DNA of 63,145 nt, the filler included, from Kipferlia bialata (lineage: Eukaryota), in NCBI GenBank assembly GCA_003568945.1. It is 7 parts of 7 records of this genome, joined end to end, with 100 filler letters (N's around TTAATTAATTAA, not from the genome) between each part and the next. Parts side by side here need not be neighbours in the genome. Positions count along the whole stretch, not along the records: positions 36,217 to 47,669 come from BDIP01001234.1; positions 47,770 to 59,219 come from BDIP01001235.1; 5 more parts are not named here. One strand, given 5' to 3'. Of the stretch, positions 39,446 to 52,995 are shown piece after piece (the first letter of the stretch is position 1; each line of letters starts with the position of its first letter). Below the pieces are notes generated by a model. The model was not told where the DNA came from and ran no database searches. It saw only the letters and a list, made by a program, of their open reading frames with translations. Made by a program: the position numbers and the translations under genes.

Positions 39446-41484
39446 CCTCTGTCTGTGCTGCCTCATGTGCTCTGGGGACACCACCCTGAGGAGCTCACTG
39501 CCTGGGATAAATGAATACACACATACACATATATACATAGAGAGAGAGAGATACTATACAGGACTCTGAGGAGTTCACTACATAAAGGGAAGAGAGGGAA
39601 GATAGCAGAGCAACACACTATGTGCAAGAGAGAATAGGACACGTTCTGCTGGATGGGTATCAGTATCACACGGGAATAATTGAGAGGCAGAGAAGAGTTG
39701 GCAAGAGACAGAGACACACACTTGAGAATGTATCCCAGTTGGCAATAGATAATCAAATGAAATGTGTTCCATCCTGCTGATGCAGAGATCCGGAGGAAGA
39801 ACTCAGAGCATACAAAGAGCGAGAGCGAATAGGAGAGAGATACATACTTGAGAATGGGTCCCAGTTGGCACAGCAGTTGTTGGCACCACAGATGTACAGC
39901 TGGAGGAGGCCTACGGTTATATTGTAGGGATACATATATACACACGCATACAGAATTGAAAATGGAGTGACTGTCTATACAAATGCAGTACGGCACGTAT
40001 CAGTATACATAGTACCTACAGATGTACAGCTGAAGGAGGCCTGATGTTACTAAATATCAGTATCAAACTATAACTATATATATTTAGAACTACATATCAT
40101 AAGACAGCTGAAGAAGGCCTGATGTTACCAACAAGGGATATACACACACGAATATACAAATATACATCAATATATAGACATCAATATATACACATCAATA
40201 TATACACATCAATATATACACATCAATATATATACATCAATATATACGCAAAGGGTGCAGATAAACAGCTGAAGGAGGCATAAGGTCAGGTTGTAGGGAC
40301 ATACACATTCACACATATGGATCGCTCTAGATACAACAAATGCTCAAATAAACACTAGAGTTGGAGGAGGCCTAGGAGGCACAGACACGCATGTTGACAT
40401 ATGCACCTCAAGCCACAAAAGAAACAGAGAGAGAGCGAGTTAGAGAGTGAGTTGGATAACTGGGGGAAGGATTCACCCAAGTATTAGTATCAAACTATAT
40501 ATATATATATATATCAATATATCTTAAGATACAGTACCTTCCTCTCCAAGGCCAAGGAGGTCTGTGACCTCCTCAGACAGCTGGGCCAGATTGATCTGGA
40601 CAGCCAGGACCATGTGGCTGAGTGAGATGTGATGGCATATGTATACATATACAAATACATATATAGCGAGAGAGAGGGAGGGTGACCAGAACTACACTAC
40701 TGACTGTGTGGTAGGTGTAGTTATGTGTATAACAGAGACACTGACGCGAGTGCAATCGGACTGAGGCGTGGATAATGCAATGACAACAACGAAAGCACAC
40801 ATATACATATTTACATTTTCACATACTTAACACATACATACCCACCTGAAGCACTCCCCACACACAGGTACCCCCTCGTTCTTGTGCAAGAACCCTATGC
40901 CACCTGCCTGGGGGTGAAAGAGAGGAAGAAAGGGACATACGCATACATATAAACACATATAGATACAGTGAGACTGGGTATATGCGTAGTTACAGGTCCC
41001 ATCACCTTGGAGTCAAGTAGCCCACACTCCACGGGACAGTCGGCACGCTCTGCAGTATTAGTGTTTAGTCAGCAGACTGGGATGTATACAAATATACATA
41101 CAAATACTTTTACATTCATTTATACACAGTGTGTAAGACACACTCCGCTGGACAGTTGGCACGCTCTGCAGGGCACGAGATATCAGTATGTAGCAGATAG
41201 ATGCCAGTGAAATGGACAAGAGAGAGAGAGAGAGAGAGAGAGGGTACCTGGGAGGTCGAGGTCGTATGCCGTTCTGAGGTGGTCGGAGAGGTACTCGTAG
41301 AGACCGTCCAGCTCCTGGGGGGTCAGTAAGAGGGTCAGTACTCATGTAAGTATAGAACACATAGTACTCTGTACGTAAAACTCTCTACATATGACTATTT
41401 ACAGAAATACCACACTACCTTTGCCTGCTCCGGGTTGGCATTGGCGTAGGGGTCCTTGAAACTCACTGAGGGTGAGATGCTACC

Positions 41485-41523
<39 letters not shown>

Positions 41524-44213
41524 TATTATCACTGACAGATTCCAAGCCAAATGCATAATACTCATCTTATATGTATCCTATACTACTATATCTGTTTACA
41601 TGGCAGTGTAGGGTCAGTGTCAGTGTCTGGGGCGTATTTCATATGATCACCATGTATACCATATACTATGTATACTAGCTGCTATACACTACATATACTC
41701 CATATTCTAGTCTATGTATTAGTAGATATACCTGGCAGTCTAGTGTCACTGACAGTGTCTGGGGTGCCCTTCCCAGCATGGAATCTGCAGAGGCCGGCGT
41801 CGTTCAACTGGGAGTGAGAGATAGTAATTGAAATGATAAAGGGAGAGAGAGAGAATATGAATGAGAGAGAGGAAGAGAGCCGTTATCTATCAACTGGGAG
41901 TGGGGAAAGCGTCATTGAAGTAATATGGGGGGAGAGAGAGAATGAGAATGTAACAGAGAGAGATAGACGTGCTCTAGGAGTGGGAAAGGGAGAGAAGGGT
42001 GAGAGAACAGAGTGCTTGAAGGGATGGGGGATAGAGAGAGAGAGAGAGCTGGTGTCGTTCAACTGGGGGTTAGACAGCATAATTGGAGTGATAAGAGGGG
42101 AGAGAGAGAGAGAGAGAGAGAAAGAGAGGCAGACGTGCTCCCGGTGTATGGGTTTCCACAACTGGATACATCTAGACAGAGAGTACAATATATGTACGGA
42201 GTGCACTGTCATAATGTACCATATATCTATCTATCTATGTCTATACCTATATAGCTACACACTCTCACAACACTAATATCTATATATATATATGCAGATA
42301 TCTAAACATGTGTATACCTCTATATACATAGTCATACACAATATGCTTTCATGTTCCATACCTTGGTCTGCGTGCATGGATCCCCGTTCCTCTTCAACCC
42401 CCGACACACAGGTCTCTCACCCTCGCTGACACGCCCCGCTGCTGCAGCTGCAACTTTCCGGGGTGCCTTCATAGCTGCCTTTCTGGGTGCCTTCCTGGCG
42501 GGCATGGGCTGTCTCTCTCTCTCAATCTCTCTCTCTGGTGATGCCTTCTTGGCAGCGCCCTGATATGAGATGGGAAGGGGGAGAAAAGTATATGTCATAC
42601 GCTATGATAATGCATCTACCTCTCTCTTGGGATGAAATTAGAGCTGCAAGAGAGACATTGCCTCCCTTGGCCTTCTTGTGGTACAATGGGTATACAAAAA
42701 TATCTATCTTTATATATATTCATATATATTCTATATATATATATATATATACCTTGGCCGTCTTTGGGGCAGCCTTTCCCTTGCCCACTGCCTGGAAGGT
42801 AAGGTCAGGTGGGGGGGGAGAGAGAGAGAGAGAGAGAGAGAGAAGTGGAGTTATGTTATGTCTCCCTACCCTCCCGTACGTGACACCTCGTGTGACTGGA
42901 AGTGTACACAATGTAATATACTCTGAACACTGTAATATTTACACCGTACACTACACACAATGTGTACTGTACCTTGCGTTCTAAGTACCTCTCTCTGGCC
43001 TCCTCCTCATGACAGGCCTGTACACGATATACCATATACTATATACTATATACTATATACCATACATATATAATTTCTTTATTATGCATATACCTTGATC
43101 TCGTAGTACCTCTCTCTGGCCTCCTCCTCACAGGCATGTATATAATATACTATAACCTATATACTATACACTATATGCATATATTTGTATACACTACACA
43201 AACCATATACCTTGATCTCGTAGTACCTCTCTCTGGCCTCCTCCTCACATGATAGGATGTGGGTCACGTCCTCCCCATCGGCCCTCTTCCAGCTGGGTTT
43301 AGTAGTATTAGATATATATATATATATAGACAGATATGTATAGATACATATATATATGAATAGTAAGACATATAGGTTTATCCTCTCCATCGGCCCTCTT
43401 CCAGCTGGGTTTAGAAGAGTATGTATGTATATACATATATACATATATGAACAGTATATATATAGATATCTATATACGTCGTCCCCTTCTGCCCTCTTCC
43501 AGCTGGTGTCAGAAGAGTATGTATGTATATAGGAATACATATAGAGAAAATGTAATTCAAATATCCATAGATGACATGTATATATCTCTAAACACTCACT
43601 AATACATACATATATATACATATATACACACATGAGAATATCTCCCAATATGTCCTCTTCCAGCTGGTATTAAGATATGTATATATATACATATATATAT
43701 ATATATATACATGCATGCATATATGCCATCTTCCAGCTGGTATAAGTAGAAAGACAGAGGGAGAGAGAGAGGAGGGGAGGAAGAGAGAGAAAGATGAGGT
43801 ATGAGTCACCCATCGCCCCCTAATGTATAGAGAGGGAATCCTACAAACACCAGCTGGCATAGAAAGAGAGAGTCAGAGATAGACGGAAATACAGCGAGAG
43901 GGAGGGAGGGTAGGAAGAGAGAGAGGCGGAAAGATGGAGAGAGAGATAAGGGTCACCCATCGGCCCTCTTCCACCAAATACAGGATGAAAATACACAGAG
44001 AGAGAATCATATACACACTTATATATGTGTGTAGAGACAGAGAGAGAGAGGAATCCCATTGGTCTTAGTCCAGCTGGGGAGAGAGAGAATCAGAGGCTCT
44101 GCACCCCGTTCTTGATGTAATGTAGTAGCATATATATAGGGTATATAGAGTACACATACAAGTATCATACTGATACCTACCTCTGCACCCCGTTCTTGAG
44201 AGAGTGAGGGGGG

Positions 44214-44244
<31 letters not shown>

Positions 44245-44596
44245 GGAGTGATACAGATATATGTACACGTATGCCCACCTCTGCACCCCGTTCTTGTTGG
44301 CCTGGCAGATGTAGACAGAGCCGTCGTTGCCACGCATCACAGAGCCTGTGTGAGGATAGAAAGAGAGAGAGAGAGATAGAGAGAGAGAGAACAAAGACTT
44401 GGGGGGGGGGGGATCCAGCTGGAACCAAATGTGTCAATCCAGGGGGTTGCGAGTATATAACTGACCACAGCTGTGTGTAGTATGTCCCACATTCTGTTGA
44501 ACACAGTATCGAAGGAATACTATAGTAGTAGAAATGGAGTAAGTACCTAGCTCTGACGATGCAGCAGACAGAGGGGGGCCAGGTCTCTTCTGCCAT
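36909..44596 (-). CDS. Multi-domain protein: GNDG motif + K/A/P-rich linker + C3H zinc finger + DUF1963 (YwqG)-like domain; ~18-20 tiny exons, start uncertain
   Basis: KRPGPPLSAASSELGSVMRGNDGSVYICQANKNGVQSWKR; CRGLKRNGDPCTQTKLNDAGLCRFH; SKAGGIGF...PVCGECFSHMVLAVQINLAQL...GLLQLYICGANNCCANWDPFS..ELLRVV; TIGGWFEWIQHVMYPHCP.CGERM; DSGTAQICQCPTHKRVLAMVHAGG*. Confidence 0.75.
40163..40246. repeat. Intronic minisatellite (ACATCAATATATAC-like, ~6 units)
   Basis: Directly visible tandem repeat. Confidence 0.8.
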
Positions 44597-45023
44597 GTCA
44601 GAGAGAGAGAGAGAGAGAGAGAGAGATCCTCTCACTGCACGAATACATACGAATGAGGGGGTGTGAGATGACCATACAGACTCAGACTCACTGCATTAGA
44701 AAATCAGCAAGAAGGGCTTAAATGGGAAGAGTGGGATAGACAAAGAAGAGACTATGCCTGGTATTTGTTGGGAATGTCATCAAGCTCAATCTGCAGTACG
44801 GACATGATGAAAGAGACCAACCTCTGACACCGATCGTTTTTGAATGTTAGTTTTGCAGTGGTAAACCCTTTGGTGTTTTTCAACGCCTATCCAAACCGCT
44901 GGAAGTGCACCCATAATATTTGAGAAGAGACTCCAGCCGCCCCCAATCCTTCATCTCCCACTCACTAGACACTACACCATATGTTTATACGCCGTATAGT
45001 ATACGGCCACTCATTAAGAATTT

Positions 45024-45400
45024 CTAGTTCCAAGAATACACATGTCTCCCCTCATTCAACATCAATACAGATTCTACATCCCCAATATCCTCGGGAAGGG
45101 TGTCTGTGTGTACCGTATAGGCCTGGGCTGCCACTAGAAGGGTGTAGGTTGGACTGAGCACACACAAGGTGGCACAATAGTACTGGAGGCGAGGTTCCAC
45201 ACGCACCCAACCCTTCTTCTCCCATTGACCTGACACCACATCATATGTGTGGCTACTATCGCACTTGCGGTTCCTCTTTCTCCTATGATGACGGTACTGT
45301 TGGTGCCAAGGGACAACCCCCCGACACCCCACGAATGGGGTAGGTTTCCCTTCCCCCCATGGAGAGTGAGTGACCACGTCACCTAGAGTATATGCCATAG
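45024..45400 (-). pseudogene. Frameshifted C-terminal paralog of the adjacent kelch gene
   Basis: PWGEGKPTP...HTYDVVSGQWEKK...ATLCVLSPT...HTDTLPEDIGD matches the end of 46047-47072. The middle (GLSLGTNSTVIIG vs GSSFGTYNHVIIG) is in another frame, implying two frameshifts. Confidence 0.75.
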
Positions 45401-46046
45401 ACTGGGCACAAGCACGTTGTAGACGAGTTCCTTCCAGAGGTAGGCTACCTCAGGTAGGCGCCCTGAGCTCAGCATCGGCCAAGAAGTTTCCTGACATATC
45501 ATCCAACTGGAGCCGTGCACACATGCCACGTGTGACTGGGTCACTCTCTTCATCCGCACACCACCCCACTAGATCGATGCCACGAATGGCGCTGCCAAGC
45601 AATACACCTGGGGGATTGCAGTCAGCATGTATTATGGTTCTCAGTGAGACTTCTCACGGTTATATCCTTGGCCAACAGTTGTGAGGGTCTGCTACTATCC
45701 TAACAATTGTACTAACATTTCCGACAGGCTATTACAGTCTAGGTGAGGACTAACAAGCTATGCTTCTCTGTCTTCGCCAGATATGCAGGCAACCAACGAA
45801 GGCCTCACTAACTTACTTTATTACTGCACCCTACGCTCTCGAGTGTCTCTCTATAGACTGTCATTGTTGCTATAGTATCGTAGTCTAGCTTTAGTGGCGC
45901 CACATTCACATACGCTGCTACAGTCCTGCTGACATGTGCGGCCACTCACAAGTCCGCAATCAACCAGCGAAATCGATGTCTACAAGTACTCTACAAGCAC
46001 CGCTGGACGAACACATAATCAACCAAGTCCACCAAGTGCCTTCCAT

Positions 46047-47072
46047 CTACACAAAAGCATCACCAATATCCTCTGGAAGTGTGTCTGTGTGTATTAAGTA
46101 AGCATGGTTCTGGTCTGCCAAGAGAAGGATGTGGGTGGGACTGATAACACACAAGGTGGCATAGGACTTGTGTGGTGACTCCAACCGCACCGAATCCCTC
46201 TTCTCCCACTCAACAGACACTACATCATAGGTGTGTATAGCCATACTTGTCTCTGTGGTTCCTATTGTTCCTATAATTACGTGGTTATAAGTACCAAATG
46301 ACGACCCTCGATATACTTTGTATGGGGTAGGGGTCCCTTCCACCCATGGGGTCAGAGAGACATCTAGGTCTGGGGCTGAGAAGTGGCCATCGATCCACAT
46401 ACTACCACTGTAGTAGCTACCAAATATGTGTGGCACCCCACTTACAGAAGCACACTCTAAATCAGCCATCGGATATGGAAGGTTGCGGAGTCTAGTCCAA
46501 GCACCCTGCTCTACATCATACTCCCACACAGAGGAGAGAGCTCCCATACTACAATAGCCACCAGCCACTACTAGTCTGCCGTCGTTTGCAAAAGCAGCGT
46601 GCATATATCTACCCCTAGGCCACTCCCCTCTCCTAGGTACCAGACGCCACTGTCTAGTAGCAATGTCGAATATGTGAAGGTCGGACATACTCTCAGTCAT
46701 ACGCCTCTTGGCTTCACTTCTTGAACAATCCTTTGGGTAAGGGACTTCACCTCCAAACATGAGTACCTCTCCTCCTATCCTAGTGAGAGATGGATAGTTT
46801 CTGGCTATGTGAAGTGGTGACTGCAATTGCTCTCTTGTCAGCCTTGCTTTCTCGATGTCTACAGTCCACACAGCGCAGCAAGTGTCTATCGTCTCTGAAG
46901 GTGGTACATACAACACCTGGTTGTACCCTATACACACCTTGGTACCATACACAGAACCCCATAGTGAATACTGCACATTCAGACGCTGTGGTGTCTCAAC
47001 GTCTCCATTCATACTGGTCAGTATATCACCATAAGTGGATGGAGCAGAGGAGCTGAGGATGAAGTACTGCAC
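46047..47072 (-). CDS. Kelch-repeat beta-propeller protein, body intronless
   Basis: 341-aa ORF with kelch blades: VLMFGGE...DLHIFDIATRQW...WPRGRYMHAAFANDGRLVVAGGY...VWEYDVEQGAW. The listed start is GTG; the true start is uncertain (ATG at 47143 via a short intron, or an internal Met). Confidence 0.88.
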   Translation of the reverse strand: MQYFILSSSAPSTYGDILTSMNGDVETPQRLNVQYSLWGSVYGTKVCIGYNQVLYVPPSETIDTCCAVWTVDIEKARLTREQLQSPLHIARNYPSLTRIGGEVLMFGGEVPYPKDCSRSEAKRRMTESMSDLHIFDIATRQWRLVPRRGEWPRGRYMHAAFANDGRLVVAGGYCSMGALSSVWEYDVEQGAWTRLRNLPYPMADLECASVSGVPHIFGSYYSGSMWIDGHFSAPDLDVSLTPWVEGTPTPYKVYRGSSFGTYNHVIIGTIGTTETSMAIHTYDVVSVEWEKRDSVRLESPHKSYATLCVISPTHILLLADQNHAYLIHTDTLPEDIGDAFV

Positions 47073-47769
47073 TGTTGACCGGAGGGTATCAACGTACCAA
47101 GTGTCTGAAGTACGTCTACAGCATCATGGTAACCATGATTCATTGTGTATTGACACCATCAAACGCTGTCAGTGGTAGATACAGTGGGATGGCCCTGACA
47201 ACTGGTAGAGTGGCTATGAGGACTGTCACAGGCTGGGCGTAGAGACTATCGTTCTGCTGCATCAGAATAGCCCTTTGAAGCTCTGCAGGGAAGTATTTGA
47301 TACTGACACAACTCTGGCTCCATATGTGACACTCATGCAGGGTATATACATATGTCATCCACTCGTTCGTCATGACATAATAGTGGTGTATAGGGCTACT
47401 CACTAGCACACTCCACTGCACATCCAATTCTTGCGGCTCATATATTCCATGAGTTATCAATGATGTAACCAACAAACCACACTCTGTCTGCTTCACCAAC
47501 TATCTCAGGCCAAGTGACTGGATGCACCGTGTAGGCATATATTCTGAGTGTTATATACAATACATGCCAGGTATGGCACGTGCCGTTCTGGTCCTTTCGT
47601 GACCATTAATCTCATAGTCTCTTTCGAGCACCAGAGTGACCAGTGGGGTTGAAAAGACGCTGCAGTATGNNNNNNNNNNNNNNNNNNNNNNNNNNNNNNN
47701 NNNNNNNNNNNNNTTAATTAATTAANNNNNNNNNNNNNNNNNNNNNNNNNNNNNNNNNNNNNNNNNNNN

Positions 47770-47820
<51 letters not shown>

Positions 47821-47824
<4 letters not shown>

Positions 47825-48713
47825 GCGTACTGGCTAGACCCCTGCCACTGTCTAATGTAGTCTGCCCAGAAGTCAGGGAGGGGGGACTGCCAGATGTCAA
47901 TCTCCTGGACACCAGACTGGGGTGAATAAAGGGTGTAGGTGGAGAGAGAGAGAGAGATAGAGGAGGGAGGGGGGACTGCCAGATGTCAATCTCCTGGACA
48001 CCAGACTGGGGTGAGAGAAGGGTGTAGGGAGAGAGAGAGAGACACTATATACATACCGTCGTTATGCTCTTGAACCTCTGTGCCGTGTCTGCCTCTGTGA
48101 ACTCAAGGCAATATATGCAAATGTACAATATATATTGCTTACACGATAGCGTATGCTCCATATATAGTACACTATACTGTATATGTGATATCCATACCAT
48201 TGTGATGCTCTTGAACCTCTGTGCCATGTCTGCCTCTGTAAACTCTAGGCCTGTGACAGGGTTGACAGTGTCTAGCGCTACACCTATGATGAAAGGTAGA
48301 GAGAGAGAGAGAGCGAAAGAGACAGACTGGGTTGACAGTATCGAGGCATATATATATATATGTATGTATAAAGAGAAAGAGAGAGAGTCTGTGAACACAA
48401 TGCCAGTGACTGGGTTGACAGTGTCTAGCGTTACACCTATAGGTAAAAACATAGTAGTATACAGACAGAGGGATAGAGAGAGACAGGGTTGACAGTGTCT
48501 AGGGCAATGCCTAAAGTAAGATGATACAGATAGAGAGAGAGAGAGCAACATATATATATATATATACATATGTCTCCATATACACACATACCTGGTCTCT
48601 GTGTCCCATACTCCTCTATATTGGCCTCCATGTTATCAGTCTCTCTCTCACTCTCTCTCTCTCTATACATATATGTCCCGAAACACACACTAACCTAGTC
48701 TCTGAGTACCATA

Positions 48714-48754
<41 letters not shown>

Positions 48755-49675
48755 GTCTCTTTCTCTATAGAGGTCTTTACATATACTAACCTAGTCTCTG
48801 TGTGCCATACTCCTCAATATTGGCCTCAAGAGCATCTGTAAAGGTTGGGTCATAGGTACCCACTTGGGTGTCCATGGTGATGATCCTAGGGATTAAGGGT
48901 ACAGGGAGAGAGAGAGAGAGAGAGAGGTCATAGGTACCCAGTTGGGTGTCAGTAGTGATAGTACTAGGAGTTACGGATGTAGGGATGGAGAGACAGAGAG
49001 AAAGAGAGGTGAATAGGTACCTATCTGCACTAGTATATGCCATCAGGTCACCCTTGATGATCTCTCACATGTCATATATATGATATATTTATACATAGTA
49101 TATGCTACATCTATATGTATATGTATATAGGGGTGTAGGGAGAGAGAGAGAGAGAGGATTACCTATCTGCACTAGTCTGTGCCATGAGGTCACCCTTGAT
49201 GAAGGCAGAGTCCCAGGAGTAGACAATGACCTGGATAAGAATAGGGGTGTAGCAAAAGAGAGAGAGAGAGAGAGAGGATGAAGGCAGAGTCCCAGGAGTA
49301 GACAATGACCTGGAAAAGAAAAGGGGTGTAGGAAGAGAGAGAGAGAGAGACTAATCTATGAGCATAGTAGTACTGAACCTGCAACCCCATCCCTGTGTAG
49401 TGCATCAACCAGTATACCTACATATATGTATATACATGAATATATAAAATATGTATGCACCTATATACCTGCAGCTCTAGCCCAGCTCTGTGCAGCGCAT
49501 CTGCCAACATTGTGACAAATACACTATAAATACGCGAACACTATATACAACTTAGAGTTACCATATAGATACATTGTATACTCTACCTGTAACTCCATCC
49601 CAGCTCTGTGCAGTGCATCTGCGAACATGGTGACAAATGCGGCATAGTCAGCACCGTCCTCATCTAGTGGTTAGT

Positions 49676-49714
<39 letters not shown>

Positions 49715-49877
49715 AAGAGAGAGAGAGACACTGCTTACTCACATTCTCAGTACCACATGTGAACAGTTACACACATATATACCTGTCATGTTTCCTGTGG
49801 ATGGCTCAAAGTCCATGTTGTATCCAGTGTATCCATTGTCAAGGGCAACCGATACGGCACGGGAGATGAAGGGCTGG

Positions 49878-49921
<44 letters not shown>

Positions 49922-50859
49922 CCACTGGCACTTGCTATAATGACTATATGTAAACACACCTGAGGGTCTTCGAACAGCTGTCTGAGCATTGTTGGGTTGG
50001 AGGTGGTGATCATGGGCCAGGCCCGGTAGCCCATGCTAATATGAGTAGGTACAGATAGAAAGACACAGAGAGAGAGAGAGAGATGAAGATGATCATGGGC
50101 CAGGCAGAGTAGCTCATGCTGAGAAAAGGTATATATACACAGATATACACACATACATATATATACTCTCATGCATGTCGGACTAGGTCTGGGTAGACAT
50201 CTGTGAATCTGCTCCACACCAGTATGGAGGTATCCTATATCGTATATTATACCGTAAATTCATGTATATACATTGAGAGAGACTATCACTCAATGAAATG
50301 TCGTACCGCACTAAGTCTGGGTATACATCTGTGAATCTGTTCCACACCAGTGTGGAGTTGTACCCAAGGTCATATGCCTCAAAGGAGACATCGCTGGCAA
50401 TAAGGGTGTAGAAGGAGAGAGAGAGAGAGAGAGAGGAGTTGAACCCAAGGTCATAGGCCTCAAAGGAGACATCACTGGGAATAAGGGTGTAGAAGGAGAG
50501 AGAGAGAGAGAGGAGTTGTACCCAAGGTCATAGGCCTCAAAGGAGACATCACTAACAATAAGGGTGCATAGATATATATGTATATCATATGTGAATACAT
50601 ATATATAACGTATATGTATACACATACACAGCATATACTAATGTACATACGTACGTGACCATATCCGTGTACTGTGCCAGTTGGTCCAGAGCATCATCTA
50701 TGCTGACCTGACAATAAGGGTGTAGGGAGGGAGAGAGAGAGAGAGAGAGTGGGTCCAGGGCATCATCTACGCTGACCTGACAATAAGGGTGAAGAGAGAG
50801 AGAGAGAGAGAGAGAGTGGGTCCAGGGCATCATCTATGCTGACCTGATATTAGGGGTGT

Positions 50860-50897
<38 letters not shown>

Positions 50898-51911
50898 GGT
50901 CCAGTGCATCATCTATGCTGACCTGAAAGTAAGGGTGTAGGGAGAGAGATCACAGTATCATCATACTCCAGTTCGTGAAAGAGTAATACATATAGTGTAT
51001 ATACCTCTGAGCACCTCCACACACAGCCATGTTATATACTTCATATACATACATATGTATACATATATGTTTGTGTGTGTGTGCGTGCGTGTGTGTTAAG
51101 AGTCCAAACAGTACACATATATATATATATATTACCCACCTCTGAGCACCTCCAGACACAGCCATGTCATAGACACTGACACATATACATATACTAGTAT
51201 ATGTAATAGTGTATAATCATGGGTGTATACTCATATATATATATATATACCTCTGAGCACCTCTCCAGACACAGCCATGTCAAGACACGACGGTCAGGAG
51301 GGGGGCCATCCCTGGCACCTGAGAATAAGGGTGTAGAGAGAGAGAGAGAGAGAGGGAGAGGGAGAGAGGGATCCTAGTTCGAATGAACTTAACACTATCA
51401 TTCTATGTGAAACTACATGTGTAACTAATTATAAATATATATTCCTAATCTGGGTACCTAACAATATCATTGACTCATTCTCCCATGCATACACCCTGGT
51501 GACCACAGTGCCATATATACAATGAATACGCAATATACATGGACATTTATATACATTCAAGTATACATTGTACCTAGTAGTATCATTGACTCATTCTCCC
51601 ATGCATACACCCTTGTGACCACAGTTCTGATATATCTACATAATTATATGTATAAACATAGATTCAATACAATATACTTGCATATATGCTTAGTCTACCT
51701 AACAGTATCATTGACTCATTCTCCCATGCATACACCCTTGTGACCACAGTGCCACCTAGTACACTGGACATGTCCATAGGGGTAGCCACAGGTACAGTCT
51801 GACAATAAGGGTGTAGAGAGAGAGAGAGAGAGAGAGAGTACAGTGCCACCCAGTACACTGGACATGTCCATAGGGGTGGCAACAGGGACAGTCTAATGGT
51901 AAAAGGGGGTA

Positions 51912-51943
<32 letters not shown>

Positions 51944-52779
51944 ACACTGGACATGTCCATAGGGGTAGCAACAGGGACATTCTGTGGTAAGTATAGCACG
52001 TATATACTATACACGCATATGGGGAGAGAGTAGAGGTATAGGTACAGTCTGATAGAAAGATTGTGCGGCAGAGAGAGTATACTGGATATGATTCATGTAT
52101 ATCAACATACCGACACCAATCCTGTCCCTGGGGCACTGTAAAGTCCTATTTATACTGAATATACATACCGTACACACAAGTGGGTAATGAAATATACATA
52201 GATATCTATAAATATATATAGTATACATTCCGACACCGATCCTGTCCCCCAGGCACCGTACAACAATACATACACAATGTAAATACAATTGTGAGATGAT
52301 TATTTATGTATCATATATATATACATATGTTAATACGTGTGTATACCGACACTGATCCTGTCCCTGGGGCACCGTACTGTGCATACCCTGCTCCATAGCT
52401 GGGGGTGAGATATACACCATATATATATATATGTGTATTGTACACATTTTGTTGTTTTCATATATAGACTAATAATATATTGGCATATCCCACTTCATAG
52501 CTTGGGACAATATAGAAGGATACATACAGATATATAGGCATTGTATATATATGGGTTGTATATACATGTATATATACGTTCATATGAGTATACTCACCTG
52601 ATCCCGGTGTCATCTAGTAGCACAGTGTGGTATTGTCCTCCTGCAGCGGATACAACCTGTATATAAGGGTGTAGAGAGAGAGAGAGTGAGAGAGAGAGAG
52701 AGAGAGAGAGCAGACACAACCTGTATATTAAGGGTGCAGGGAGAGAGAGAGATATATATACCTGTATATTAAGGGTGCT

Positions 52780-52813
<34 letters not shown>

Positions 52814-52955
52814 CAGAGAGAGAGCGAGTTTCACTCTAGACAGGGATACGACAAACAGCTGCAACGAGAGATGAGTCAATGTGTGTGAAAGAGAGAGTAT
52901 AAATACCTTGCGGCCTCAAGATGGGTCATGTCTATTGCAGGGAGAGGGAGAGAGT

Positions 52956-52995
<40 letters not shown>

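Noticed and set aside
50696..50950. Regularly spaced direct repeats resembling a CRISPR array
   Set aside because: Repeats are exon-start copies, spacers are (GA)n, and there are no cas genes in this eukaryotic context.
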